From the NCBI GenBank assembly GCA_964016885.1, contig OZ024742.1, forward strand, positions 53,754,001 through 53,818,000: a DNA stretch of 64,000 nt, in the 5' to 3' direction. The stretch comes from Eledone cirrhosa. Taxonomy: Eukaryota. A program made the position numbers and the translations under genes. The notes under the pieces were generated by a model. It did not search any database. It had not been told where the DNA came from and saw only the letters and a list, made by a program, of their open reading frames with translations. This document shows, piece by piece, positions 1 through 15,880 of this stretch (position 1 is the stretch's first letter; each line of letters begins with the position of its first letter).

Positions 1-1135
1 GTTCTTTCTGTTCCTGTGCCGCCCAGCTTCTCAAGATTTGTATTGAGGCAGTTACTAACATACCCCAGTGCCCCAATGATCACAGGCATAAATCTGAAGG
101 TGTAATCAGAGTGGAGTATCTGCAGATTTCTCATCAGTTCTGCATAAATAATCTCCTTTTCGGTAATCTTTGATAATATATTGGTATCTGCTGGATAGCT
201 AACTTTCACTACTGTGCATGCCTTCTTTTCCTTGTCCCATATCATAATGTCTGGTCTGTTATGCCTGCATTTTATTGGGACTTTTACTGGAACATTCCAC
301 CAATACTCTTTCATATTATGTATATGTATGTTTTCTACATTGCTGTAGCTTTTAATGAGTTTATTATCGGGGCTATCTTTTCTACGGATTTCATTGTACA
401 GTGTTTTGGCCACTACATCATGCCTCATAGGTAGATAGAACCGCGATGACATCTTTGGACAGCTGCTGATGACATAGGTGATATCCTCGATGTTAGTTCT
501 GCAGAGTCTGCACTTGTTATCACATCTAGGTGTTTTGCCTGCATCCCTATCTCTTTTGTGAATCAGGTATTTCGTGTTGATTTCCTATTCTTGGAATGCA
601 AAAGCGTATCCTTGAAAGTGGGAGCCAATATAGCGGTTGTTGATCCAAGATAGACTACTTTCTTTATCTATATTACTTTCACTCTGGAGTTTCCTGGCAA
701 CATATCCATGCATGATATTTTGCTGATGCAGTTTTTCATACATGGATTCACTGCGATACTGCTGAGCGACTTCCTTGGGTGTGAGTTTTTGATTATCACA
801 GGGAATACCTCTCGAGCAGTTTCTGCCCAACTCTCATGATCTTATCTATTTCATGCAGATATACTTGCTCGAGAGACGGGCACCTACGCTCCGAGGTTCG
901 TAGATGTTGTCGGAGGGATATGATGCGACAAACAAATGCTGTCTGGACTGATGTTAGGCCTCTGCCTCCCTGCTTACGTTTCAAGTAAAGGCGGTCTATG
1001 TCATTGTTGATGTGGAAGTTTCCGGTGTTGTTTAGTATTTTTCGAGTTCTAATATCAATCGCTCGGATTTCGTCTATCGTGCAATTGAGTATTCCAAACG
1101 TTGGTGTTAGGACAGGCACAGCAAACACATTGTGA
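1..1135 (-). mobile_element. Degenerate 3' half of an R4/Dong-type (REL endonuclease) non-LTR retrotransposon
   Basis: Minus-strand translation across frameshifts and a stop: RLYLKRKQGGRGL, zinc knuckle CRLCRTNIEDITYVISSC, RHD, HNRPDIMIWD, PVIIGALG. Same motif order as the element at 53-56.7 kb but a different family. Runs off the window start. Confidence 0.88.
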
Positions 1136-1139
1136 GCCA

Positions 1140-3682
<2,543 letters not shown>

Positions 3683-3683
3683 A

Positions 3684-3714
<31 letters not shown>

Positions 3715-3716
3715 CA

Positions 3717-3762
<46 letters not shown>

Positions 3763-3765
<3 letters not shown>

Positions 3766-5647
3766 CGAAGGAAATGTGGTAAGGAACCAGGTGGACCATA
3801 ACGCACCAAAGTACTCAATACTTGAGGTAGTAGAGTGGGTAATAGGAACCAGTAAGACCCCGACAGCTGAGCTCAAGCCGTTTCGACGGCTAATTCTGGA
3901 CTAAATGAACATTTATCCTGGTATTTAAATAGCCGATCTTCTCAAGGGGTAATTCCATATATGGTCAAAGTGATTGTCAAAAATCAGTAGTAATTCTGTG
4001 GTTGCAAATTAGTAGGGGAGATGGTGGCTAAACCTGCCAGTAGGAGAAAGAGGGGAGGGGGTGGAGTAGACCCAATCAAGCGTTGGTAGTGCCAGCTACA
4101 GCTGGGCATGAGGTCAAAGAAGATACAGGGGAGGGGGAGGGGGAGGAAGTCGGAACGGTAGGTAGAACAATGGGGGGTAAAAATAGGAAAGAAAAAATAC
4201 TGAGAGTGAAGAAAAGCAAATAAGTGTAAAGAAAAAATTAAATTCTACGACCTAGGTGTCAGGCTATTGTTAGGCGAGAATAAAATAAAGAAAGAAAGAA
4301 AGAAGTAAATAAATAAATAAATAAATAAATAAGGAAATAAGTAAAAGAACTAGGTGGGACGAATTAGGCAAGGACCCTTTTAAGAGGTATAAGTACGTAA
4401 ATGATACGGTGACTGGTCAACAAAAGGGGCCAAAATACTAAAGAGACTACCACGAAATAAACAATAAAGGTTTCCATCCCGGGCCAGCAACGACCCAGTG
4501 CAGCAAAGTGAACTTGTACGACATAATAATTCTGAGTCCCGGGAAAAATATATACTAATGCTAACTCTAAAAGATCTAAAACAAGCTACATGAAAGTTCG
4601 TACGAAATAAAGGTAGAATACGGAGAAATAAGTTCAGAATCCACCCCGCCCAGAAGAAAAGCGAAGCAAGAAATACTGAAACGAAAAAATAAGGCATAAG
4701 TGCCACTAAGAAATATAGAGGGCACAGAGAATAGTGGGAGCGGTCGGAAAAGGGGGGCAAGTATCCGGGGTCTAAGCCAACTGCTATAAAGGGCGGAGTC
4801 CGCCAAATCTATCAAGGACTAGGGGAGGGGGGAGTGGGGGTACTAAGGCTACATGGGGCCAAAGGGCAGCCTCGGGTGGGCGAGAAAAGACGCCGACAAA
4901 GGAGAAGAGCTGGGGTAGAAGGACAAAGGAGAGAGGGGGGAAGGAAATAAAGGATGCGATAAAAGAATACAAAGAAGATCTTACGTCTTCCTTGGCAAGC
5001 AGGGGTTACCCATTGCAAAATCGGCAACTGGGGTGTTATAGCCCTAGTCTACCCCCCCGGGTCATTATGGGGTTTGAGGGCGAGGTAAGTCCTACGCAAT
5101 CTATGTTTACATGCAGTAACCAGTTCATCTTTCTTGTTTAGGAGTTGGTCCGTCGAAAACAGCATTTGTAAAGTTTCCTCCGAGCATAAATTGCACGGAC
5201 GGCGTCCTCCCGTGTAAGAATTGGCTCTGGACAGTAATCTCCAAGTGAGATCATAGGTGATGTTGTTGTCCTTGAGGTCCCATATGTGGCCCGAAAGTGT
5301 AGTGGCGTGACGCCGGGCCGGGTTTCGGAAGGTATGTCTATGTTGGTATAGCCGGGTCTTGAAGTCACATGCGGTAAGTCCTATATAGGCTTTGTTGGAG
5401 GTATCCGTCCTCACGTTGCACTGGTAGATCACATTACGGTCTCTGCATCTATTGTCGAGTGGGCAAATAGATCTATCCGGGCAGTTACACCTCCTGGTCG
5501 GTTCTCCACTGCTATTTAGGTTATTTCTGCCATCGGGGTTGAGTTTTTTGTTGTTAGAGGAGACGATGTTTTGTGCGAAGTTTGGTGTAGTGCTGTAAGA
5601 GAGTTTGATGGTATTTTTGTTAATTATGTTGTGGTAGCGGTGTTGTA
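3763..5647 (-). mobile_element. 5'-truncated PLE family A (C-terminal GIY-YIG, probably Hydra clade), left arm of a fold-back
   Basis: Open frame 5647->5049: KNTIKLSYSTTPN...CNCPDRSICPLDNRC...VIYQC...AYIGLT..FKTR...H...CNLCSEE...[14 protein letters not shown]. Followed by a 1.3-kb 3' region containing an HHR. Clade name is from recalled motifs. Confidence 0.88.
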
Positions 5648-7249
5648 ATGCAGAGACCGTAATGTGATCTACCAGTGCAACGTGAGGACGGATACCTCCA
5701 ACAAAGCCTATATAGGACTTACCGCATGTGACTTCAAGACCCGGCTATACCAACATAGACATACCTTCCGAAACCCGGCCCGGCGTCACGCCACTACACT
5801 TTCGGGCCACATATGGGACCTCAAGGACAACAACATCACCTATGATCTCACTTGGAGATTACTGTCCAGAGCCAATTCTTACACGGGAGGACGCCGTCCG
5901 TGCAATTTATGCTCGGAGGAAACTTTACAAATGCTGTTTTCGACGGACCAACTCCTAAACAAGAAAGATGAACTGGTTACTGCATGTAAACATAGATTGC
6001 GTAGGACTTACCTCGCCCTCAAACCCCATAATGACCCGGGGGGGTAGACTAGGGCTATAACACCCCAGTTGCCGATTTTGCAATGGGTAACCCCTGCTTG
6101 CCAAGGAAGACGTAAGATCTTCTTTGTATTCTTTTATCGCATCCTTTATTTCCTTCCCCCCTCTCTCCTTTGTCCTTCTACCCCAGCTCTTCTCCTTTGT
6201 CGGCGTCTTTTCTCGCCCACCCGAGGCTGCCCTTTGGCCCCATGTAGCCTTAGTACCCCCACTCCCCCCTCCCCTAGTCCTTGATAGATTTGGCGGACTC
6301 CGCCCTTTATAGCAGTTGGCTTAGACCCCGGATACTTGCCCCCCTTTTCCGACCGCTCCCACTATTCTCTGTGCCCTCTATATTTCTTAGTGGCACTTAT
6401 GCCTTATTTTTTCGTTTCAGTATTTCTTGCTTCGCTTTTCTTCTGGGCGGGGTGGATTCTGAACTTATTTCTCCGTATTCTACCTTTATTTCGTACGAAC
6501 TTTCATGTAGCTTGTTTTAGATCTTTTAGAGTTAGCATTAGTATATATTTTTCCCGGGACTCAGAATTATTATGTCGTACAAGTTCACTTTGCTGCACTG
6601 GGTCGTTGCTGGCCCGGGATGGAAACCTTTATTGTTTATTTCGTGGTAGTCTCTTTAGTATTTTGGCCCCTTTTGTTGACCAGTCACCGTATCATTTACG
6701 TACTTATACCTCTTAAAAGGGTCCTTGCCTAATTCGTCCCACCTAGTTCTTTTACTTATTTCCTTATTTATTTATTTATTTATTTATTTACTTCTTTCTT
6801 TCTTTCTTTATTTTATTCTCGCCTAACAATAGCCTGACACCTAGGTCGTAGAATTTAATTTTTTCTTTACACTTATTTGCTTTTCTTCACTCTCAGTATT
6901 TTTTCTTTCCTATTTTTACCCCCCATTGTTCTACCTACCGTTCCGACTTCCTCCCCCTCCCCCTCCCCTGTATCTTCTTTGACCTCATGCCCAGCTGTAG
7001 CTGGCACTACCAACGCTTGATTGGGTCTACTCCACCCCCTCCCCTCTTTCTCCTACTGGCAGGTTTAGCCACCATCTCCCCTACTAATTTGCAACCACAG
7101 AATTACTACTGATTTTTGACAATCACTTTGACCATATATGGAATTACCCCTTGAGAAGATCGGCTATTTAAATACCAGGATAAATGTTCATTTAGTCCAG
7201 AATTAGCCGTCGAAACGGCTTGAGCTCAGCTGTCGGGGTCTTACTGGTT

Positions 7250-7254
<5 letters not shown>
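5648..7254 (+). mobile_element. Inverted copy of PLE family A 3' portion (right arm)
   Basis: Reverse complement of 3842-5448. All mirrored ORFs translate identically (coordinate sum 11096). Confidence 0.93.
7146..7239 (+). ncRNA. Type I hammerhead ribozyme, U3:A8 core variant, long stem II (mirror copy 3857-3950, minus strand)
   Basis: acccc | TTGAGAA | ga(t)cggcta...tagccgtc | GAAA | cggct-tgagctc-agctg | TC | ggggt. Stems I, II and III all pair; GUC at 7232-7234. Confidence 0.8.
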
Positions 7255-7491
<237 letters not shown>

Positions 7492-8057
7492 ACCCGCCCA
7501 TCGCCTCACGGTCGAACAACGTACTATCTTCATCTTACAGTCCCCCCCCCCCGGCCTGAACTCCCCACCCTTATTCCTTTAGCGTTCGACCGCCCCCCTC
7601 CCCCACTTATCCCCCACTAACACCACTAACACACCCCTCCGTTACACCGCCCACCCCACACTAACAATACTAACACCCCCACTCCACCCCTCATCTAACC
7701 ACCCTTCCCCAACTAACATACTAACATCCCTTCCCTCCCCTCTTCTCCTCCTCCCCCTCCTTATCACACGCACACACTTACACCACCCACCCCACACGCA
7801 ACTAACATCACTAACACCCTCCAACCCCACGCACACGTACCCACACACCCTCGTACACCACCAACTCTACACACCCTACCCCCACTAACCCCCACTCACA
7901 CCTGCATTCCACCCCTCCCCACCTCCCGTCTACTAACACCCACTAACACCTCCTCACCAAACTACACACACACCAGTACACCACACTCCCTCCATAGAAC
8001 CACACACACCCTTCTCTCCCCACTCCACACTCACTCATCCCACTAACACCCCTACTA

Positions 8058-8097
<40 letters not shown>

Positions 8098-8581
8098 CCT
8101 CCTCACTCCAACTCTCACACCTACCCATCCTCGCCTCCCTACCATTCCGCTGACTGCTGCTATGCCCTTCCGACCACTGTCTCAGCACCCACTGACCACA
8201 GCACTCCCACTGCTGACCACTTCCTGTTGCGCGCGCACCCCACATCTCTCCTCTTCCGACCACTGCTTCTTGGATTACCCACACGCGTTTTGACTTCCAA
8301 CCAAAATCTCCATACATCCGTGTAACTTACCACTTTTCAACCATCCTCTAACACCATCACCTATATAACTCACCCACACACACATCCCAAAACAAATTTT
8401 TTTATCCACACGCCACCCACACCCACAACACGCTTAAACCACACACACGTGCTTCCCACCACATATTTACACCCTCAGCCCCCTGATTCCTCTCCCCCCA
8501 CCCCCTATCCACACACGCACAGACCCTCCGACACACACCTTCCTGAACATGCAACCCCGTTCTTCCCCCAACCCTCACTTT

Positions 8582-8624
<43 letters not shown>

Positions 8625-9045
8625 CTAACCACACACACCACCTTCAGCCCTCCTCGCTCGGACACCCCGTCTCCCTCTCCCCACTCCACCCGCCTCCACC
8701 TCTACTCACCCCACACCCTTCCACCACCTGTTTACCCCCCTTTTAATTTCAGTTTATTTTGATCATGCCTTTATTTTTAAATGTTCTCATTCCTTGTATT
8801 TTGATCATGCTTTATTTTTATTTATTATTTATTATATTTTTGTCTTTATTTGTTAATTTTTCATTCGCACCGTTTCCTTTCGCTATATGTCTCTCCACCA
8901 CTCCCCTACACACCTTTTGAACTCTTACCTGAAGAAGGGCTTATGCCCGAAACGTCGTCCTCCACCTACCCCCCACTCTCCTGAGCGTGAATCTAATAAA
9001 CATTTGTCGTACTGCCTCTCTGTTCTGTCCCTGTTCAATTTTTTA
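7492..9045 (+). mobile_element. Second copy of PLE family D 3' region
   Basis: Collinear with 1545-3207 ([24 protein letters not shown]-rich tract, terminal HHR, AATAAA). Flanked by (TA)n. Confidence 0.87.
8929..8956 (+). ncRNA. Minimal type I hammerhead motif of PLE family D
   Basis: CTGAAGA a GGGC-TTAT-GCCC GAAA CG TC. Homologue with CTGATGA at 37904-37931. Confidence 0.75.
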
Positions 9046-9067
9046 TTATATATATATATATATATAT

Positions 9068-9692
9068 AAATTTAAGTAAGTAAGTTAATTTAAAAAAAAA
9101 AATTTTTTTAAAGAAATTTTCTTATTTTACGTCTTATATATTATTGTTCTGCATTCTCCTGCATTGAACCACCTAGGTACTATGACATAACCTGTGTATT
9201 TGCTGGCATTAGCGTACATCTGTGCGCTTATGTTAGTAGATATATTAAATTATCTATATTTATCTCCAAATCACTGATTTGTCGAGCAAACCTGCCAAAA
9301 CCACTTCTAAAAATTTTTTTTGGGGGTGTTAGTAGGCGTCTGTCATCTTACCATCCCATTCCTATTGACTAGCCTCTGTGTCACGTGATTGATTCTTTAG
9401 AATCGGCCATATGATCAGTGGCAGTGAGAATTTTCAGTGGCTGGAATCCAGTCCTCGATAGCTGTTCCAGTTGCCGAATTATTATTATTTTTATATGAGT
9501 CCCCAGTGTCCGCGTATCGCCTGGAGACTCGGCTGAGAATGACCTCCCTGATGACGCAATGAAATTCTCAACAGTTCATTACGTAACTGTCTTTATCCCA
9601 TTGCAGAAACTAATTAGTTGGAGTGAAAATTTAAGTAAGTAAGTTAAATTAAAAAAAAAAAATTTTTTTAGAGAAATTTTCTTATTTTACGT

Positions 9693-9698
<6 letters not shown>
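9068..9698 (+). mobile_element. Non-coding HHR element: 560-bp monomer plus ~70-bp terminal redundancy (retrozyme-like or non-autonomous PLE)
   Basis: Direct repeat aaatttaagtaagtaagtt...ttttacgtcttatata at 9068 and 9628. HHR at 9544-9623. No ORF; (TA)n on both sides. Confidence 0.72.
9544..9623 (+). ncRNA. Type I hammerhead with extended stem II
   Basis: ctcc | CTGATGA | c gcaatg...cattgc a | GAAA | C-TAATTA-G | TT | ggag. Stem III lies in the palindrome AACTAATTAGTT; cleavage triplet GUU. Confidence 0.68.
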
Positions 9699-9745
<47 letters not shown>

Positions 9746-9859
9746 GAAGATGTCTGTCTGTCTGTGTAACCGCATGATTTTTACATTTTACAACCGATTT
9801 GCACTAAATTTCATACATAGGTTTCTGAAGTCCTATTACGCGTCGTAGGCTATCTTACT

Positions 9860-10900
9860 TTTCCGTATATCGAATGTGGGGGCCCCAGGGGCAGATAACC
9901 CCCTTAAGCCTCTCGCTTGGAGTCAGAAGTACTACTGCATAAAGGCCCCATAATTACTGCAGTTTGCCTCCCATCTTCACCAAAATTAATCTTTTGTTTG
10001 CTTATGGCCTTCAAATAAATTTGGAGGCATGCACTTGCGCAGAAATTCAGGTAGGAGATCCCTTGGGTGGCAATAAACCGACTTGATGAATGTTGAAGTT
10101 GATATCATCAATGCAACAAAACGTCATAAATGCTTGAGTTGGTGTTTGGTTTTCACGAAGCGAGACGTATTGGTTACCCATGGCTTATAAAGGAAGGTGA
10201 ACACATGAACTTTTACTTGAACTTATCAAGAGGACCATGGGGGGTTAGTAAGCCTCTTCGACTTATCTATTGAAGTTCATATTAACACTGTATTAGTACC
10301 TGATAACTTTGGAAATTTACGTTCGATTTTAACTTTACCGGACACATTGGTTACCCATCGCCTAAAGATGATGTTGAAGACACTGTCTAAACTCGGAACA
10401 AGCAAGGGGACCCCAGGGGACAGTAAGCCTCGGTGAGTCATTTATTGAATTTGGCTATTGTAATGCAGCAAAGCGTCATAGCTTCGATAATTGGTAGTCC
10501 AATAAAATGAATTTCGACTTAGTTGTTATTTATGTACTACAGATGAAAATACAGTGAGGCACAATTACTTTCATTTCAATTCAGCAAGAGGACCCCATCG
10601 GGGACAATGAGCCCAATTCATTAACCTATAAAAGTCCAAACTACCACAATAAAAAAGCACCATAACCTCGGGGGTTTATACTTGATTCTTACAAAAACTA
10701 AACGAAATGGTTATTGCCTGCCCTAAGATAAAGCACCACACATTCGTTATCACTTGAATTTTGCAAGGGAACCCCCTAGGGAGGGCAGTGAGCCCATTTG
10801 GACCACTTTTTAAATTCATATTATGGTCGCAGCAAAGCATTTCGACTTCTGGAAATAAAAGTCAATTTAAACGAAAGTTGACGCATCGGTTACTCATGTC
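9860..10900. repeat. About 6 diverged ~175-180 bp tandem units in the Helitron 5' region
   Basis: Recurring g(g/a)ggacccc..gggg.ca.t(a/g)agcc motif near 9880, 10055, 10230, 10407, 10588 and 10768. Confidence 0.65.
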
Positions 10901-11862
10901 CTACACATGGAGTAGCGATTTTTTAAATCCCCCTGACTTAACTTTAGTTTGTTTAGTTAACTTTAGGATGATTGAATTTAATTTTGCACCCGGTTGTCTC
11001 CCCCGTGTAATTGCACCACAATTATGTGCGGAATGGGGAGTTAAATTTTTTTCCTTGAACTTTGGCGTCATTTCACACTCCTAACCAAGAAAGCGCGATT
11101 TAACCCAGGTGTAAACTTTAACGCCTACTGTATGTGGATTGTGCTATTTCACACTCATGCATAAACTGTGCGAATGATTAATTAGTTTTTGCACCCGGTT
11201 GTCTCCCCCGTTTAATTCCACCTCAATTAAGTGCCAACCACATATCAGTGAGTTGTGTTCAGTAGATTTCATCACACTTATTTGTATTATCTAACCAATC
11301 AGACAACGCGAGTGTTGTTCATTGAGCGAAATCACTCCTATTTATATCGGTCAAGTCCGACCTAGGATCACACTTCTTTTTTGGCTTTTGACAAATGGTA
11401 GGTTTTTTTTACATGCGTACTCTCATAAGCTACCCCATGTTTCTGAAACGCATGCTTCTTCAACATTTGTCACTTTAAAGGAGGTTTAGTTAACGTGTTT
11501 ATGGTCATAAGGTTCCAGTTTATCAAGCTGTGATTTTTCGGCCATTTTTGCCTGTATCCTTTCAATGGTTAGTACTTACTTATTGCTATGTTCGAACTGA
11601 AAAAACATACTGACACTTATATACCTACCACTGTAGTCACACTATTTAATTTCCTTTATCACAGGTAGTCCGTACGCTGCGTTGCCCCTAAACTTAAAAC
11701 CTGAAATTTGACGGGTACACAAAATCTTGCAAAACATACCCACTTTCTCAGACCACATAGATTTATCACATTTTTTCACAATTTATATCCGTGTTTAGAT
11801 TTGCTTACTTAAACGTTTTTGTCCACTATTTATCGTTCTCCCTGGTTAATTTTCTAAAATCA

Positions 11863-14800
11863 ATGCCCCCCAAGAAAAGAACTTTCATTGGTCGATTATC
11901 TAATGATACAAGTAGGTCTAAGCGAAGGCGTCTCGCCGAAGATGTACATGCGACTGCGATCAGGTTCTCACAGAATGTTGTGCAGACGGCAGCTGCAAGA
12001 GCAGAGGAGGATGACAGTCGGCGTGAACTTCGACGGAACAAAGATGCTTCCGCGACTGCTGCTGCTCGCGCTCGAGAGGATGAAAGACGACGTGCTGTTC
12101 GACGAAGCAGGGACGCCGCTGCAACATTCTGCTCGGGCTCGAGAGGATGAAGGACGACGTGCCGTTCGACGAAGCAGGGACACCGCTGCAACATCCGCTG
12201 CTCGTGTTCGAGAGGATGAAGGACGAAGCGCCGTTCGACGAAGCAGGGTCGCCGCTGCAACATCCGCTGCTCGCGCTCGAGAGGATGAAGGACGACGTGC
12301 CGTTCGACGAAGCAGGGTCGCCACTACAACAACCACTGCTCGCGCTCGAGAGGATGAAGGACGACGTGCCGTTCGACGAAGCAGGGTCGCCACTACAACA
12401 ACCACTGCTCGCGCTCGAGCGGATGAAGGACGACGCGCCGTTCGACGAAGCAGGTACACCGCTGCCACTGCTGCTGCACGAAATACTGAAACCATAGAGT
12501 AACGACGTGGCCGACATCTGCAAAGTGAACAGCAGAGATCATCGTTACGTGGCATTTCTAGGACTTACAATTCACGATGGTTGTTGAAGGCCTTTAACTA
12601 CGACCCCTCCTCCGATTACGCCGTCCATGCAGATATTCACATTGGGGAAATGACCTCTACTTGCCAGTTTTGTCGTACAAAAAAGTTTCCAGGGGAGAGA
12701 GAGATGGAATGTGCTGTTCAAACGGTAAAGTTAGACTACCTCCTATTCACGACCCTCCAGGGACATTGCAACTCCTTTTGACAGGCACGATGGAGGAATC
12801 ATCGAAGTTTCTGCGAAATATCCGCCGCTACAATTCCGCGTTTCAGATGACATCCTTTGGAGCAAAGCTTGCATCAGAACGTGGGTTCATGCCAACTTTC
12901 AAGGTCCAGGGGCAGATCTACCACTTGATAGGATCTATTCAGCCTCTGACAGAAAAGGATCCTCAATTTCTTCCGTTATACTTCGTTGGAAACTATCAGG
13001 AGCAGGCAGAGATGCGAAACTCTATTTTGTCCGAAACTAACATTGAAACCATAATAAAACTTAAAGAAATGCTTCATGACAAAAACAGCTATGTTCGCAG
13101 TTTCAAGTACGCTTTGGAAACAGCCACCGACCCAAACTTTTGTGTGGGCATACATGCTGACGGAAGGCCATCTGGAGAACATCCTGGTCGGTTAAACGCA
13201 CCAACATGTAATGAGATTTCTGCGGTTATTTGTGGTGAACAGCACAACAAGAGGGATATCATTCTAAAGCACCGAGACAGCACATTACAGCGTATCAATG
13301 AGACATACAGGTCCTACGATGCAATCCAGTATCCATTGCTATTTGTCAACGGCGAGGACGGATACCATTTCGGCATTCCTCAACATTCAGTAGGCAATGG
13401 TGAGGCACATCTTAGCAAAACTGTCACCTTCATGGATTTCTACGCTTTCCGATTAATGGTAAGGACAATTCAATCAACCATCTACACCGTTCTCGGGATC
13501 TTTTCCAACAATTTGCTGTTGATATGGCCGTTAAAATGGAGTCAGAGTAATTACGGTTCATTAAATTGAATCAAAAGAAACTTCGATCTGAATGCTACAT
13601 TCATCTACGCGATGGAATTAACAACAACGTATCCCCAGACAATTTAGGGCAAGTGTGTATTTTGCTTTCAACGTTCACAGGGGGACCCTGATACATACAC
13701 GAGAGGACTCAGGACCCATGACTTACGTACGACATTATGGGCGCCCCGACCTTTTCATAACGTTTACATGTAATCCCAAGTGGAAGGAGATGACAAACGA
13801 ACTGTTCCACGGTCAAGCGCCAAGACACAGGCACGATTTCATAGCAAGAGTCTTTTGCCTGAAATTATCTAAATTAATGGATTTATAAAGAACGGACAAG
13901 TTTCTGGGCCTGTCAGGTCCGACATGTACACGGTTGAATGGCAGAAACGAGGGCTGCCGCATGCCCATATTTTGATTTGGTTGGTTACAAAAATCAGTTC
14001 AAACTACATCGACAAATTCATTTCTGCCGAACTACCTGATCCATCGATTGACAATGACCCCTTCTCTATAGTCACATCAGACATGGTCCATGGTCCTTGC
14101 GGACATGGACTCAATATGAAGTCCCCGTGCATACACAACGGAAAGTGTACAAAACAATATCCCAGGCCATTTTTACAGGAAACACAGACTGGCGGTGACG
14201 GATATCCGTTGTATAGGCGCAGGAGACCTGAAGATGGTGGCTTCACAGCAAAAGTTGGCGAACGCGAAATCGACAACAACTGGATAGTGCCATATTGCCC
14301 CCTCCTCTTGAAAGCGTTCAACGCCATATAAACGTCGAATTTTACAACTCAGTAAAATCAATTAAATACGTTTGTAAGTACTTAAACAAGGGATTGGATG
14401 CTGCCGCCTTTGGTCTTCGTCATGAAAACAGTAGAGACAAGGTATCTGACTACCAAGCAGGCCGATACATTAGCAGCAATGAAGCCTTTTGGCGCATTTT
14501 TAGCTTCCCACTGCACCAACAACACCCCGTCATTAAACAACTTGCCATTCACCTTGAAAACGGTCAACGGGTTTTGTATTTCAATGATGCAAAAGCTGCT
14601 CAGCTAGCGATCTCACCAAAGGAAACTACACTCACCTCATTTTTCAAACTTTGTCAACACGACGACTTCGCTCAAACTCTGCTGTATGGAAGCGGACAAA
14701 ATGGCTACGAAGGAAGGTAGGGCAAGAAGTGGTTGGACATCTAGGCATCAAATTCGACAATTGCCTTGGGCGAGTTTAAACGGTCCACCCTACCCAACAC

Positions 14801-15880
14801 GAAGGCTTCTACCTGCGACTTTTGCTTCATGAGGTAAGAGGGCCGACCAGCTTCACTAATCTGAGAACCGTCGATGGATACGCCTGCGGAACGTACAGGG
14901 AAGCCTGCTTGAGGCGTGGACTTTTAGAAGATGACGCACAATGGGATGCAGCCTTGACGGAAGCTGCCATCTCACAATCATCCCGTAGTTTAAGGGCACT
15001 TTTTGCTATCCTGTTGCACGTCTGTGAACTGAGCGATCCTTACTCTTTATGGCAAATGTTTAAAGATGATTTCGCAGACGAATATAGGCGTCTCGCTCAA
15101 TTGCAATCTACAAACTTAGATGTCGGCTTTTCAGGCGTTATATATAACAGAACTCTGATCGATATTAAAGACAGAGTGGCTTCATGGGCGGAGATGTCTT
15201 GGAGAAATATGGGCTTCCGCAAACACTTGAGATGCGCCATCTGACATTCCCAACGACATTATACGTGAAACGTCATATGATGTCGACGAACTCAAAATGG
15301 ATCAAAAACAAGACTACAACATTGTCGTTAATTCCATCCGTAATCGGGGAGGGGGTATATTCTTCCTGGACGCACCTGGAAGCACGGGCAAAACATTTGT
15401 AATCAAACTTTTACTCGCTGCAGTAAGGCAACACGGAAACACCGCATTGGCCGTGGCTTCTTCCCGCATTACAGCAACTTTGCTGCCTGGTGGCAGGACG
15501 GCCCATTCTGCCTTCAGTCTCCCTCTCAACGTGGCATCATCTGAGACACCCACGTGCAACATCAGCAAGTCTTCCGGAAAAGCACTGGTGTTAAAGCGCT
15601 GCCTACTAATTGTTTGGGACGAATGCACAATGGCCCACAAGGCGGCTTTCGAATCATTAGGCCGGTCATTCAGAGACATCAGAGACTGTCATGAACCAAT
15701 GGGAGGTATCACTTTCCTGTTATCTGGGGACTTTCGGCAGACTCTGCCTGTAATCCCAAAAGGTACGTGGGCTGATGAGGTTGGTGCATGCCTTAAGGCC
15801 TCCCCACTTTGGCGTTATGGAAGAAAACTGACGCTTACAACAAACATGAGAGCACAATTGCAAGGTGATGAGACATCACC
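11863..15880 (+). pseudogene. Helitron RepHel transposase (HUH Rep plus Pif1-like helicase), multiple frameshifts
   Basis: Start MPPKKR; 23-aa repeats; zinc finger CQFC...CCSNGKV; YNSAFQMTSFG; Rep motifs DLFITFTCNPKW, VEWQKRGLPHAHIL, KYVCKYLNKG; helicase FLDAPGSTGKT, IVWDECTM, GDFRQTLPV, LTTNMR. The C-terminal helicase half is missing. Confidence 0.95.
11990..12480 (+). repeat. 69-bp coding tandem repeat (23-aa STPR-like units), about 7 copies
   Basis: gctcgcgctcga recurs at 12269, 12338 and 12407. Unit ARAREDEGRRAVRRSRVATTTTT. Confidence 0.85.

Larger units (their letters stand above)
9741..15880 (+). mobile_element. Helitron, 3'-truncated and degenerate
   Basis: 5' region with (tgtc)n and aaccgatttgcactaaattt typical of Helitron left ends, internal tandem repeats, then RepHel coding remnants. 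The TC terminus cannot be resolved in (TA)n, and no 3' hairpin/CTAG end is seen. Confidence 0.85.

Noticed and set aside
4380-5027. Hydrophobic ORFs duplicated at 6069-6716
   Set aside because: Chance frames in the pyrimidine-rich PLE 3' region; not retained in the diverged family A copies.
11826-12555. Several overlapping long ORFs on both strands
   Set aside because: Alternative frames of the GC-rich 69-bp repeat in the Helitron ORF.
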